A stretch of 64,000 bases of DNA from NCBI GenBank assembly GCA_964016885.1, contig OZ024743.1:157418001-157482000 (forward strand), read 5' to 3'. Positions within the stretch are counted from its first letter, which is position 1; each line of letters starts with the position of its first letter. The position numbers and the translations under genes were made by a program. Below, piece by piece: positions 26,101 to 38,458 of the stretch. Under the pieces are notes generated by a model. It saw only the letters and a list, made by a program, of their open reading frames with translations. It did not search any database and had not been told where the DNA came from. Source of the stretch: Eledone cirrhosa (Eukaryota).

Positions 26101-28624
26101 CTTACCAGGGCGCAAGGCCTACAGAGACCGGATTAGCGAACTAGTTAAGCGGGCGTTGACGGGGGCCATCATCAACAACAAGTGGTGGTTTGCTCTGAAA
26201 AGAGCGATTAGAATAGAGTCCATTAGATGTAGTAAGGCTTTAGCAATAGAGAAAAATAAAGCAGAGGGAGAACTAGTAAGAAAATTATACGAGGCGCTTA
26301 GCAAAGACATCGCCACCGACGTAATTGCGTCGAAATTGGCCCTTGACCAATTCTCCAATGCAAAGCACGAAGACTGCGTTGTCAGAGCTAGGTTGCGTGC
26401 TCTCAGACACGAAGGGACGTAAGCCGTTCAATGGGCCCGAGTGGCAGAGGCGCATCGTGGCACCAAAGCCAAGATCCGGTCTTTGGTGGACCACGACGGG
26501 CGCATGCTACTCGATCCCGGGCAAATGTGTGAAACTTTCCAGCGACACTTCGCCCAGCTGTTCGGTGGCAGCGGCGGGACGAATCGAGGGATGAACTTTA
26601 GTGTCTACCTCGACGGACTGCCGCGGCTCTCGGCCACTGAGGCGGAGTGTTGCGAAAAGCCGATAACAGCCGCTGAAGTACAGGAGGCAATGACTGGCTG
26701 CACAAGGGGTAAATCGCCTGATTTGGATGATCTGCTCTATGAACTTTACGTACAGATGCCAGACTTGTTCGGGGGCCTCTTGGCAGACGTCTACTGCAAC
26801 TGGCAACAGAACGGAGAATTTCCCAGCTCTGTGAGCAGAGGAGTGGTGGCGCTGCTGAGAAAGGATCCGAACAATGGGGTTAACATAGATAATTTCAGGC
26901 CCATAACTCTACTAAACATAGAGTTAAAGATTTTGGCCAAGGTGCTAGCAAAGAGGTTGGCGCTTGTCGTTGGTGGTCTTGTGGGAGAGGCGCAGACGTG
27001 CGCCATTCCCGACAGATCCATCCACGACAACCTCCACCTCATGCGATACATCGTAGAGAGGGTAGCTAGGGAACCTGGCACGGGTGGGTCTTTTATCAAT
27101 TTAGATCAGTCGAAAGCCTTCGATAGGGTCGACCATCGTTACCTAGCGGCAGTCCTGAGGGCGGCTGGCTTTGGGCCCGTCTTCAGAGGCTGGATCGCTG
27201 CCATGCACAGCGACATCTGCTCTGTAGTGAGAGTGAACAGTCACCTTTCGGAACCGTTCAACATCATGCGCTCGGTCCGCCAAGGATGTCCCCTCTCGTC
27301 CCTATTGTACGTATTGACTCTCGAGCCATTACTGCACAAACTGGAGACGTTGAGGGGGGCCCGCGCGACTAGGATTCGGAAGATCCGTGTCAGCTTATGC
27401 GGACGATGTCACCGTAGTGGTGTCGAACTCCAAACACATCGAGGCGATCGGCACTACACTAAGAGAATACGAAGCGGTGACAGGAGCAATGATCAACCAG
27501 GAAAAGTCAGTGGTCCTGCAGCTCGGCACCTGGAGAGGCAGGTCTATGCCGTCCAACAGCGTCGACGGGCGCTGGACGGACCGGTTAAATTGCTAGGGGT
27601 CTGGTTCGGTCCAGACCTCCAGACGGACAAAAACTGGGACGAGGTGACGAGCAGGGTGTCTTCTCTCACCCAGAAATGGGCCGAGAGGAAGCTATCCCTG
27701 AAAGGTCGAGCGGAGGTGGCTAACGCGTACATCGAGTCCGTCATCTACTACCGCCTGACCGAGGATTAGTGGAGGGGAACAGCGACGACGTACTTGGTGA
27801 AAATCTAGGCGTCGACGAAAATCAACTAGCCAATCTCTTCGGAAGGACTTTCGGGCCGGGGCCTATGGACAACTTCCAGAAATCCCTGGCCTGGCAGTGC
27901 TACCGAGGAGCTTTGCCAGTTCGGGATAAACTCTACAGGCATGGAGGTGCCGTCAGCCGGGCATGTCCGAGTTGCGTGCAGGGCGACGAAACCGTCCTGC
28001 ACGCACTCGTCCAGTGTCCGAGCATTGCTGACTTGTGGGTTTATGTCGAACACCTGCTGTCACGTGAAGGACGGATCAAGCTATCAGCTGAGTCCATCGT
28101 GAGGATTGCCCCGCCCCCTTCCTTTAGCCGGGAAGTGCAGACAGTTTTTATCTGTCTGGTGGCCATGGCGAAAGAGATAGTATGGTGGACACGTTTGAAA
28201 GGGCTGAAGACGAACACTTACCTCTTCGGTGATGCCCTGATTAACTTTTTCAAATTTCATTTGAAAAGGAAAATCAGGGTAGAGAGGGAAGTGCTCTCTT
28301 CCCAGCATTTTTTTGAAAGATGGTTGAGAGAAGCAAGTATGGCCCGAATGAATGGGCCTTCTCTGAGTATGTGTCTGTAAATTAAAAGTGGAAAACTGGG
28401 AGAGGGCACTTGCCCTGGTCGTCAGGGTCACTGTGATCTTTTAATGGGCTTTTTCCACAGATGTCCCTCGGAAGTCTCCCCCCTATTGGGGAATTTTTCT
28501 TTGTTATTTTATTACATCCTCTGTTTTTTTTACACGCAGAAATGCCCATTTGTACCGTCCTGTATTGTACTGTACTGTCCTTAATGTCTACTTTATGTAA
28601 ACCCTTGTGGTTAATAAAGAAAAC
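23183..28624 (+). mobile_element. Tx1 family 1 copy 2, full 5' end, degenerate, with an internal deletion of about 376 bp at 27761
   Basis: Starts GGCGACCTACGTAG, as copy 3 does; ORF1 and ORF2 fragments; the junction cctgaccg|aggattagt skips the copy-1 interval 3049-3424; (TTA)n tail. Confidence 0.93.
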
Positions 28625-28643
28625 ATTATTATTATTATTATTA

Positions 28644-31600
28644 CAGTTGCATTTATCTTGCTTTATGTTCATACGAGTTATCACCAAGTCACAACCAGTG
28701 ACCTCAAGAGACAACAAGGTCAGCCATGTTCAAGAAAGAACATACATACTCACACATGCATCTTTAGTGTTTAGACTTGTGATGTACTTATATTGACAGA
28801 ATCTTCCTTAGTATATGGGCAGTTTCCATTAGTACTATCTTTTTTTATTTCTCCTATACGCGGGTTTCCTGGGATTTGTGATAAGTAATCATTAGACCCC
28901 TTAGGTATCATTCCCAGAGCGCCTACAACCACTGGTATTGTTTTAGTTCTCAATTTCCACATTTTATCAATTTCTATCTCCAGGTCCTTATACTTGCTCA
29001 ATTTTTCAAATGTTTTTATAGATACATTCTTGTCTATTGGAACAGACATATCAATCAGCAGGCATACCCTCTTTTTAAAGTCCTTCAATATTATATCAGA
29101 TCTATTTGCATCTATTTTTCGTTCTGTTTGGATGCTAAAGTTCCACAAGATTGAGATGTGATCTTTTTCAAGTATGGGAGGTGGTTGATGCTCCCACCAA
29201 TTCTTTTGATGGGGCAGGTCAAAATGCTTACACATTATACAATGTATGTATTGTGCAGCTCTGTCATGCCTGTTTAGGTATTCGGTTGGAGCTATAGGAC
29301 TGCACATTGAAATTATATGGTCAATGGTCTCTTTGTTGGCAGACACTGATCTTGTGCTGATATAATCAGTCCTTCAGTCTCCGATTTCAGTCCAGAGGAT
29401 GCCAACCACTGATAGGTTAAAGTTTTGTCAACATCAGGATTGTTAGCTCGCTCTGGGTATTTTCCATACAGAGGCTTTTCTTGCCATTTCTTAGCCAGTT
29501 TCTGTAACAGTTCTTTCTTTGCAGTTACTTTTACCTGCTTTGCTTTTTCTGTGTTTTCCATTTCAGTAGTAAATGGGACTTCTGAAATTTGTAGTCCATT
29601 ACTGTATCTTTGTGCATCTTTTGTAATGGAATATGATCTTTTGGTGCTTTCGTGTTTCATAACGAGTTTGATCATCCAATCATGTGATTCCCTTAGATAT
29701 GTAGATAGTTCAATTGTTGCAGTTTTCAACGCAATGTCTAACTGGATTAACCCACGTCCTCCTTCTTTCCTAGGGAGATATATTCTATCTATATCTGCCT
29801 TAGGGTGATGCATTCTGTGCATGGTTAAGAATTTTCGAATTTTTGTATCGAGCCTACGGATCTCTGTGCTTGACCAGTTGATGACATTGTAACTGTAGGT
29901 TACTACTGGTATGGCAAGCGTGTTTATGGCATCGATCCTATTCCTTGCATTCAATTCCGTTCTTAAGATTGCTCTTACTCTGCGGTAACATTCCTTCCTT
30001 ATCCTTTCCTTCATTGTCGAGTGCTTGATTCCGTCTCCTTCACAAACACCTAGATATTTGTAAGTTTTTTCTTGATCAAGTTCTCTTATCACGTTCCCCC
30101 GATCAAGATTAATGTCTGAACTCTTCAGCAGCTTTCCTCTGGTGAACGTTGCTTTGGCGCATTTATCTAGTCCAAACTCCATTTTAATGTCATCCCTGAA
30201 CTGCTCCACAGTGGATAATAGCCCTTGCAATTGTTCATCATTTTTTGCAAATAATTTCAGGTCATCCATGTAGAACAGGTGATTAATGGTTTTGTTATAG
30301 ACTTTATATCCATGTTTTGTTTCATTGAGCATTTTACTTAATGGTATAAGTGCGATGCAGAATAAAAGCGGTGATAAAGAGTCACCCTGAAAAATTCCAC
30401 AATTAATATTAACTTGTCCAGCTTCCAGTGATTTTGTTTCACTATTCAAAAGGAGTGTCGTTTTCCATGTCTTCATACTGAATGACAAAAATCTCCTGAC
30501 AACGGGGGATATTTTGAAAATCTCTAAACATTTTTCAATCCAAATGTGTGGCAAACTATCGAATGCTTTTTATAATCTATCCAAGCAATCGATAGATTTT
30601 TGTGTCTATTATGACAATCTACCAGTATCATTTTGTTAACCAGAAGCTGATCCTTACAGCCATATGAGCCTCGTTTACACCCTTTCTGCTCAATGGGAAA
30701 TAGGTCATTTGTTATCAGGTGGTCATATGTGTATTCAGTTAGGACTGATGTTAACATTTTATACATTGTGGTCAAGCAGGTTATCGGTCTGTAATTTTTG
30801 GGATTGTTTGTCTCATCATTCTTCGGAAGCAGGAATGTAATGCCGTTAACTAGCCATGATGGTATCTTTTCTGGCTCCTTAACTATTTCATTGTAAAGTT
30901 GGGCTAACAGCTCATGAGACTCTGTGAAGGCATTTATCCAAAAGTTTTGTATTTTGTCTTTTCCTGGGGATTTCCATTTGCTGGTTTTTCTTAGAGCCAA
31001 GCGCAACTGTTCAACTGTTATATTTTCCCATATTTGTTCCTCAAGGTGAGCTGTATCTTTCATTTGTCTGTCTATCCATGGGGCATGTATGTTATGAACT
31101 TTTTCTTCGGCCCAGATCTTTTTCCAGAATTCTTGCACTTCCTCCTTGGGTGGTATTGATTTAGCAGTTATTGTTGACTTACCAATTTTTCTGTAGAAGT
31201 TTCTTTGGTTGTTTTTGAACATATTATTGTCCTTATAGAATCTAGATCGTTTTTCAAAGCGCCTTATACGAGCAGCTTTGGCCGACACTTTTTGCTTGAT
31301 TATTTCTATCAGCATGTCTATGTCACATGTTGATTTTATACTTTACTTTTTTTTCAATTTTCTAAGTTTAGTTTGTTTAACATGTTCACCTACTTTATAG
31401 TTTGTTAAAATTTCTATGTCAGATCGGAGAAGGTTTATTTGGCGATTGATGTTATCTTGCCAAGTAGATTTCTTGTGGGAATTCCTTTGTTTTTTCATCT
31501 TCACTCCACATAAGTGAGTGGTGACTTTAGCCGATGCATAATAGAGATGATTTAAATCAGTAATGTTTAGTTTGTTTGTGATGATAATGTTTTTGAGAAT

Positions 31601-33522
31601 TATGTTAATCTTGTGTATTATCTTTTGGTTCTGTTTGGAGTTCTGGATCTTAGGGAGGGTGTCTCGTTGCCCCATGTCAGATTCTTTCATTTTCATCCAT
31701 TCGATCATAATTTCATACTTCAAGTTGGCAAGTTCATTCTCATTCATTTCTTTATCATTTACGATCTCATTATTTTCCTTTGGAGTTTCACCCTGAGCAT
31801 GCACTCCCTCCACTTTTTCGATCCTTTCTTTAATTTGTTCTGTTGCCAGTGATTCCGCCCCAACCCTGGGATTCGAAGTGTTACAGTTTACCTCGTTTTC
31901 ACTGACACATGTTTCATTTTCCCTTCGCTGACTTTGTGCTAATAGCTTGATCTGATCAATTTCTATATCAGTTAGTAACTTGTTTCTTACAATATTTCTT
32001 CGTATATTGGCTAGTTTGTTACTGTCAATATAGCCTCTGTTTTCGGGATGTTTCTTTTTCCAGTTGATATATGTCTGTTCTGTATTCGATGTATTTGATG
32101 GGTAGTACATGGCAGTGTAGAAAGCCTCAAGGACTTCTTTATTATCTTCCCTTGACCATTTTTCTCTCTTTTTCTTTGGATTTCTTGGTGGTGAGCATGG
32201 AGGGCCAACAGTAGGAGTATTCCGGTTATGGGAGGTCTCCAGCTCCAAAGTGATGGGAAGGTTTGAACCATTAGCTGATTTTTCGACCCCAGTCTGGTTC
32301 CTCTCTGAGGGACGCGGCCCTTTTTTACCCGGGTGACGGCCGATCAGGTATGAGATTTTATCATTAGACATTTACTTTATTTTGTCGCGTTTTATCCTTA
32401 TCCGCCAAGGGGTAATCATTTCGTGTTACCACTTCTAGAACGAGTGTCAACCAAGACTAGAGCGGTCGTTCTCCCCTAGAGACACGACTATTCCCCGCCG
32501 GCCGCCATCCCGGTATTTCTTGGTCATGGGGTTTTCTTTTTGTTGTTTTTTTAAATTGTTATTATCATGAGTGGTTCCTTAATGTGAGCATTGCGTGGCT
32601 TAAGAATGAAATTATTAATAATTGTCTCCACTCCAGGCACAAGGCCAGCAATCACCCAGTGCATTACAATAATATGATATAGTTTTTGCTGAAGTTGCCT
32701 GTTATTGTTGTTGGCTATGTCGGTGGTGGTGCCGGGCTTTTTATATTGTTGGTGAGGAAGGGGTGAGCCAGCAGTCCCATAGTTGTTGATGTTGACGTTT
32801 GGCCGGTGGCCAGGTCACTAAGTCAATCTATTTATATCTTTTGCTAGCCTCTCCCTTGTCTAGTGATACCTCCACCTTCCCCTTTCTCTCTCAAGTTAAC
32901 AGGGGAACAGTGGTGGTAGCAATGAAGGACTGGTGGCGGCGGTGATGGGATAGTGGTAGCAATGATGGATGGGGTGGTGGCGGCGGTGGCGTTGTCGTTA
33001 CTGAGTTTTGTGATATGTAGTAACTATGAGTTTTTGTTCGTATGTTTAATATATATTGGGTTGACATATTCCCGTAAAATTGGAATTAAACATTTTGTTA
33101 AAGCTTGAGACAATAATAATATTAATTATTATTATGATGCTGGGATTGATGGTGGTGGTGGTGAAATTGCCGTTATCTGGCTGTTATATTTAGTGTGATG
33201 GGGTAGGTGGTGTATCAAGTTTCTGGTGTTGGTGAAATTGCTGTTATTTGGCTGTTCTATATAGTGTAGACAGATGGTGTTTTCTTCCATTTATAACTAT
33301 TTTCTTTTTTTGAATACAAAATATATAATACAAAATTGAATATTTGAGCGATATAACAATATAATATGGATCCGAAATTTTATGGGACATGATTCGGTGG
33401 TTTATGCAACATTTGTACTAATAATTGTTATTTCACAATTGATTTAAATATGTTAAAAATCAAAAACTTACGGGAGCGATTTCATGACCTTCTACCACCT
33501 CGTGCGTCTTCTTCCCTATCCC
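28644..33522 (-). mobile_element. R4/Dong family B copy 2, full length with ~1.1 kb 5' leader, degenerate
   Basis: ORFs 31343-32371, 30524-31315, 29313-30554 and 28771-29346; a nonsense codon at about 31343, a frameshift at about 30560 and a ~67-bp deletion in the CCHC region. 5' end is GGGAAGAAGACGCACGAGG. Confidence 0.93.
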
Positions 33523-33555
33523 TTATTATTATTATTATTATTATTGTTATTGTTA

Positions 33556-36500
33556 TTCCTTGAATCTCAGTCATTGATGTTGGTTAACTGGAAAGTCCGT
33601 TGGATTGAATATCAAGCCACTACCTGCAGCCTCAGATATTCAGGACGTATCGGAGGGTTCTTGCTGTTCCAAGCAAGCATGCCTTTTGAAGCGTTCCAAA
33701 AAGCGTGAAGGGGCCGATTTTCTTTAACCATCCCTGGAAACCTTTGGAGATAGTCCCCAGTGCGCCTATGACAATCGGGATCACTCTGACTTCATGGCAG
33801 TTCCAAATCCTTTTCACCTCCCACTTTAGGTCCTGGTATCGGTTAATTTTCTCCCTCTCCTTCTCTTGCACTCTCGTGTCGAACGGGCAGGCCACATCCA
33901 CAATCAGGCACGATCTTTTTTCTTTGTCCACAACCACCAGGTCAGGTCTATTGTGTTCCAGTTTTTTGTCCGTCTGTATCCTAAAATCCCACAGCACCTT
34001 CACCTGACTGTTCTCCATCACCGCCTCTGGCCTATGCTCATACCATTTCTCAGAATGTGGTAGATTGTTTACTTTGCACAGGTGCCAGTGGATCACCCTG
34101 CCCATCACATCGTGTCTCCAGCCCTTATAGTGGGTCTGGGCTAGGTGTTTACACTCGGACACAATGTGAGCCACAGTCTCCTCTCTCTCTCCACAGATCC
34201 TGCACAGTGGGCTAGCCTCCTCCTTGTAGATATGGTGCTTCAACCACTTCGTTTTGAGGGCCTGCTCCTGCGCAGCCATTAGCATTCCTTCTGTAGCCTT
34301 TTTGAGGTCTCCTCTTCTCAACCAGTTCCATGTCTGTGGATCTCTAAATTCAGTTTTCTCAAAGAAGGTACTATGAAGGGATTTTCCCTTAAGGCTGCTC
34401 TTCCTCCTTGATGTTATTTCCTCCTTGGACATCCCCTGGCCTACTGTCCCCTCCTTCAGTACAGTTCTGAGCATTGGCTCCTTACTATAGGTCACGTATT
34501 TGTATAGGTTGTTTTTCTCCATCTGAACACAGTCCTCTATGCTGATAAGACCTCTTCCACCCTCAAATCTCCTTAGGTAGAGTCTATCGACATCACTCCT
34601 CTTGTGGAACATGTTGTAGATAGTCAATAGCTTCCTAGTCTTCCTATCCATTTCTTTTTGTTCAGCAACATTCCATCTCAGAATTCCCGCACTGTACCTA
34701 ATAATAGACACAGCTCGGGAATTTACTGCGCTTATGGCATTTCTGCTGTTCAGATGTGACTTCAATACGCTCCTTACTCTCCGAATGTATTCAGTTCTTA
34801 ACAATTCCTTCATTTTTTTGTTCTTTATGCCATCAGCCTCCAGAACGCCCAAATACTTGTATCCTTCCTCAGAGTCAATTTCCTTTATCATCTCACCTGT
34901 TGGTATCTGGATCCCGTTACTTCTGCTCAACCTACCTCTCTTCATCACAATGACTCCACATTTACCAATACCAAACTGCATACATATATCACTGCTGAAA
35001 ATACGGACAGTGTCAACAAGCACATCCAACTCCTTCTCACTTTTCCCGAAGAGCTTAAGATCGTCCATGAAGAGGAGGTGATTGATGGTAAGCTCTCCCC
35101 TTCCCAACTTGTATCCTGCTCTCACTTTTCGCAGCATAATGGTCAAGGGCATCAGGGCAAGGACAAACAACAGAGGGGACAGGCTATCTCCCTGGAAGAT
35201 ACCTCTCTTGATCTTCACGCTTCCCAAGGATACTCCAGTTGATGTCAACTCTGTCTCCCAGGACCCCATACTCCTGCCCAGCAACTGTCTGATGTTATCT
35301 GCCACCCTGAAGACCTCCAGGCTTTTGGTGATCCAGGAATGAGGCACCATGTCAAATGCCTTTCTGTAGTCTATCCATCACATGGCAAGATCAGTGTGTC
35401 TCCTCCTGCAATTCCCCATTACCATCTTATCAATAAGCAACTGGTCCTTTGTACCACGTGACTTCTTTCGGCATCCTTTCTGTTCGTCCGGTAACAAGTT
35501 GTTTGTGTGGAGGTGATGGTAGATTTCCTCAGACACATTGCTCGTCAACAGTTTCCACATTACGGGCAGACATGTGATAGGTCTATAGTTGGTAACATCA
35601 TTACCCTTGATTCGGTCTTTCATTATCAGAACTGTGGTACCTTTTGTCAACCACTCTGGCACCTCACCCGACACCAAGCAGTCATTGAACATGGCCGTCA
35701 GCTTCGGGTGGAGGGATGTTAAATGTTTAATCCAATACCCCTGCACACCATCTGGGCCTGGTGATTTCCAGTTGGTTAGTTTTTTGGCTTGCCCCTTAAG
35801 AGTTTCAACTGTGATACTCAAATCAGTCTGTTGTTGTGCCTTCTCACCGATCTCCCTCTGTACTGTCTCAATCCACCCTGCCTGGGCATTGTGTCTAACA
35901 TCCTGCTCCCATATTCCTCTCCAGAATGTTTTAGCTTGTTCCGCCCCAGGGATCAAGTCGTTGCCTCTTTCTTTCCCCTCAAGCTGTCCAAACAGCATCT
36001 TCTGGTTGTTGTCGAACATGCGGTTCTGTTTATACTGACTGACTCTGTTCTCGTATCGCCTGATTTTGGCACTCTTTGCTACAATGCGTTGCTTCAATTC
36101 CTCTATGATAATATTTAGCTTTTTACTCCTAGTTTTGTATTTTATTTCCAGTCTATTTTTAGTGCCTGTGTTTTTTAGTGTCCCATTCAGTAGTGACTCA
36201 AGCTTTCCTATGTCATTTCTCATTTCTCCGATTTGCCCACTCAGTCGCTTCTTCCACCACGGCTCTGCTCTTTCTTGTCTGTTGTTTCCTCTCGCTTTTA
36301 TACCAAGTAGTTTCCTCACCGTATTTGCTGTTGCTTTGAGGATATTGTTGCACTGGTGAAGACTCCTCGCCTCAAGGTATGGGATGACTTTGTTTACCCT
36401 AGCTGTTGTTTCTTTTAACTTTTTCCTGTCTACAAATCTTAGGTTCATAGGTCTCCCACTATCATTGTTCAATTCATCTACCACTAGATTTAGGATGTCA

Positions 36501-38099
36501 ACCGAATCTTGTCCTAGCCCGTCAGCATTCATCTCCTCAGTGGCCGTATCTCTGTTCCAGGTATTATTTATCTCAGTATTCAGATCATTGTCTGCTTCGG
36601 GTGGTTCCTCCGTTCTCAGGACCTCCTCACCTTCATTTCCCACCGGCTCGCATGTCTGGCATACTACACCCGCCATCTCCAAGCCATTCTCTCTGCTCAG
36701 TTCCTCCAGTTCCAGCTCGCTTATCCACCCATTAGTTCTTATTACCCGAGCCTGCCCGGCCAATTTTTGTTCATCTAATTTAAATAAACCAATCTCGTTC
36801 CAGATGTTATGCATCCGTCTCCTGTAGCCCCTCTCCTTGGGGTTACTTTTCAGGTAGCATTGCATAACAGTTCTATTCAATTCTTTCGTCCAGTTGGTTC
36901 TGGCCCCTTTCCTTCTTCTTCTTCCTCCAACATCAGCAGTATTTGGTTGACAGTCAGGTTCCTGCTGCTGAGCCAGGGGGCACCTGTTGGGTGAGAGTCT
37001 GTCACATGACGTTCTAGTCTCCATTTCACCGTTATTCGAACTGTTTATGTTCGATATTTAAACACTCTTATCGAGGATTGGCGAATGTATGTTTACATAG
37101 CCATCTGTGGATCCGCCATCCCACTTGGCCCTTGTGTGGCATTATCACCACGCTGTATACGAACACACATAAACAGACAAACACACGGGCAGAAAGGGCC
37201 CCAAAAATGAATAAGCATAAGTTTCATTGTAATGTAGTATTCGAATGTCTGACTTAGTTTTTGTTTTTTAAGTTTTACTTTTTCCCCCCTCTTCTCTGTC
37301 CGTCCGCCTGCTTCTCTCTTCATTCTTATTTTCTTTACGTTTTTGGGGTTTCTTTTTTTGTTTTTGTTTTTCTCTGTTTGTTTTTCTCGTTTTTTGCTGT
37401 TGTTGCTGTGCTGCTTTGGTTTTGTTGTTTGTTTTTTCTTTTTTCTTTTGAGTCTATCTATATATTTTGATGCCTTCCTCTTTGTTAGTAGTAGGGATTC
37501 TATAATGTGGGAGTAGTAGCAGCCAGCAGGGAGAAGTGGGAGAGGGCGGCGTTGGCGATACTGAGACAGTGGTGGTGGTGATGTCGATACCGAGGCAGTG
37601 GTGGCGGTGATGCGACCGTATTACTGTAGTGATGGTGCTGTAGCGGTGGCAGCAGCAGTGAAGGAGTCAAGGGGTGGTGGCGGCGGTGATGGGATAGTGG
37701 TGGTAATGATGGCCGTAGTGAGCGGTGGCGGTGAAGGTGAAAATGCTGTTGTGTTTAGTGTACACAGATGATGGGGTGGGTGGTGTATCTAGTTTCTGGT
37801 GTTGGTGAGTTTAGCTGTCCTATATAGTGTAGCCAGAGGAGAGGAGGGGGGGGTCTTCTTCTTCCATTTATAGCCATTTTTTTGGGGGGATATACAGTGT
37901 ACAATACAAAGTTGAATATTTGAATATTTGAGCCTTATAACAATATATTTTGGGTCCGAATTTTTTGGGGCTCAAGCCGGGTGCTTTACGTAGCATTTGT
38001 ACTAAGAGTTGTTATTTCACAAATGATTTAAATATGTTAAAAGTTCAAAACTTACGGGAGCGATTTCATGACCTCCGTCACCTCGTGCGTCTTCTTCCC
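33556..38099 (-). mobile_element. R4/Dong family A, full length with ~1.07 kb 5' leader
   Basis: Complete ORF region, 5' end GGGAAGAAGACGCACGAGG and (TAA)n flanks. Confidence 0.94.
33632..37024 (-). pseudogene. Dong A polyprotein (about 1130 codons) broken by one GGA>TGA change at 35378-35380
   Basis: ORFs 35378-37024 and 33632-35350 are in the same frame; the copy at about 18130 has GGA (MGWIDY) at this position. Confidence 0.92.
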
Positions 38100-38247
<148 letters not shown>

Positions 38248-38458
38248 GGCGACCTACGTAGGAAATCGTATTATCGTGAGCTCCGCAAAGGTTTGTTATT
38301 TCCGTTTGTTTAAAAATTGCCATTTATGGAAAATTTTATTGTTAACTGTTTATAAGCACACATACATTGTTTTCCGAAAAGGACACCTAAACAGATTGGG
38401 GCCATGTGCCCAAAATTTTAACTTTTATTATTATAAAAAAAAATTTCTTTGAAAAAAA

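Noticed and set aside
27755-27770. The ~376-bp Tx1 deletion as a spliced-out intron
   Set aside because: GT and AG lie near the ends, but a GT-AG excision would leave CC|AGGATT and the observed junction is CCGAGGATT.
35378-35380. In-frame TGA in Dong A as selenocysteine or read-through
   Set aside because: The other copy has GGA (Gly) here, so it is an ordinary nonsense mutation.
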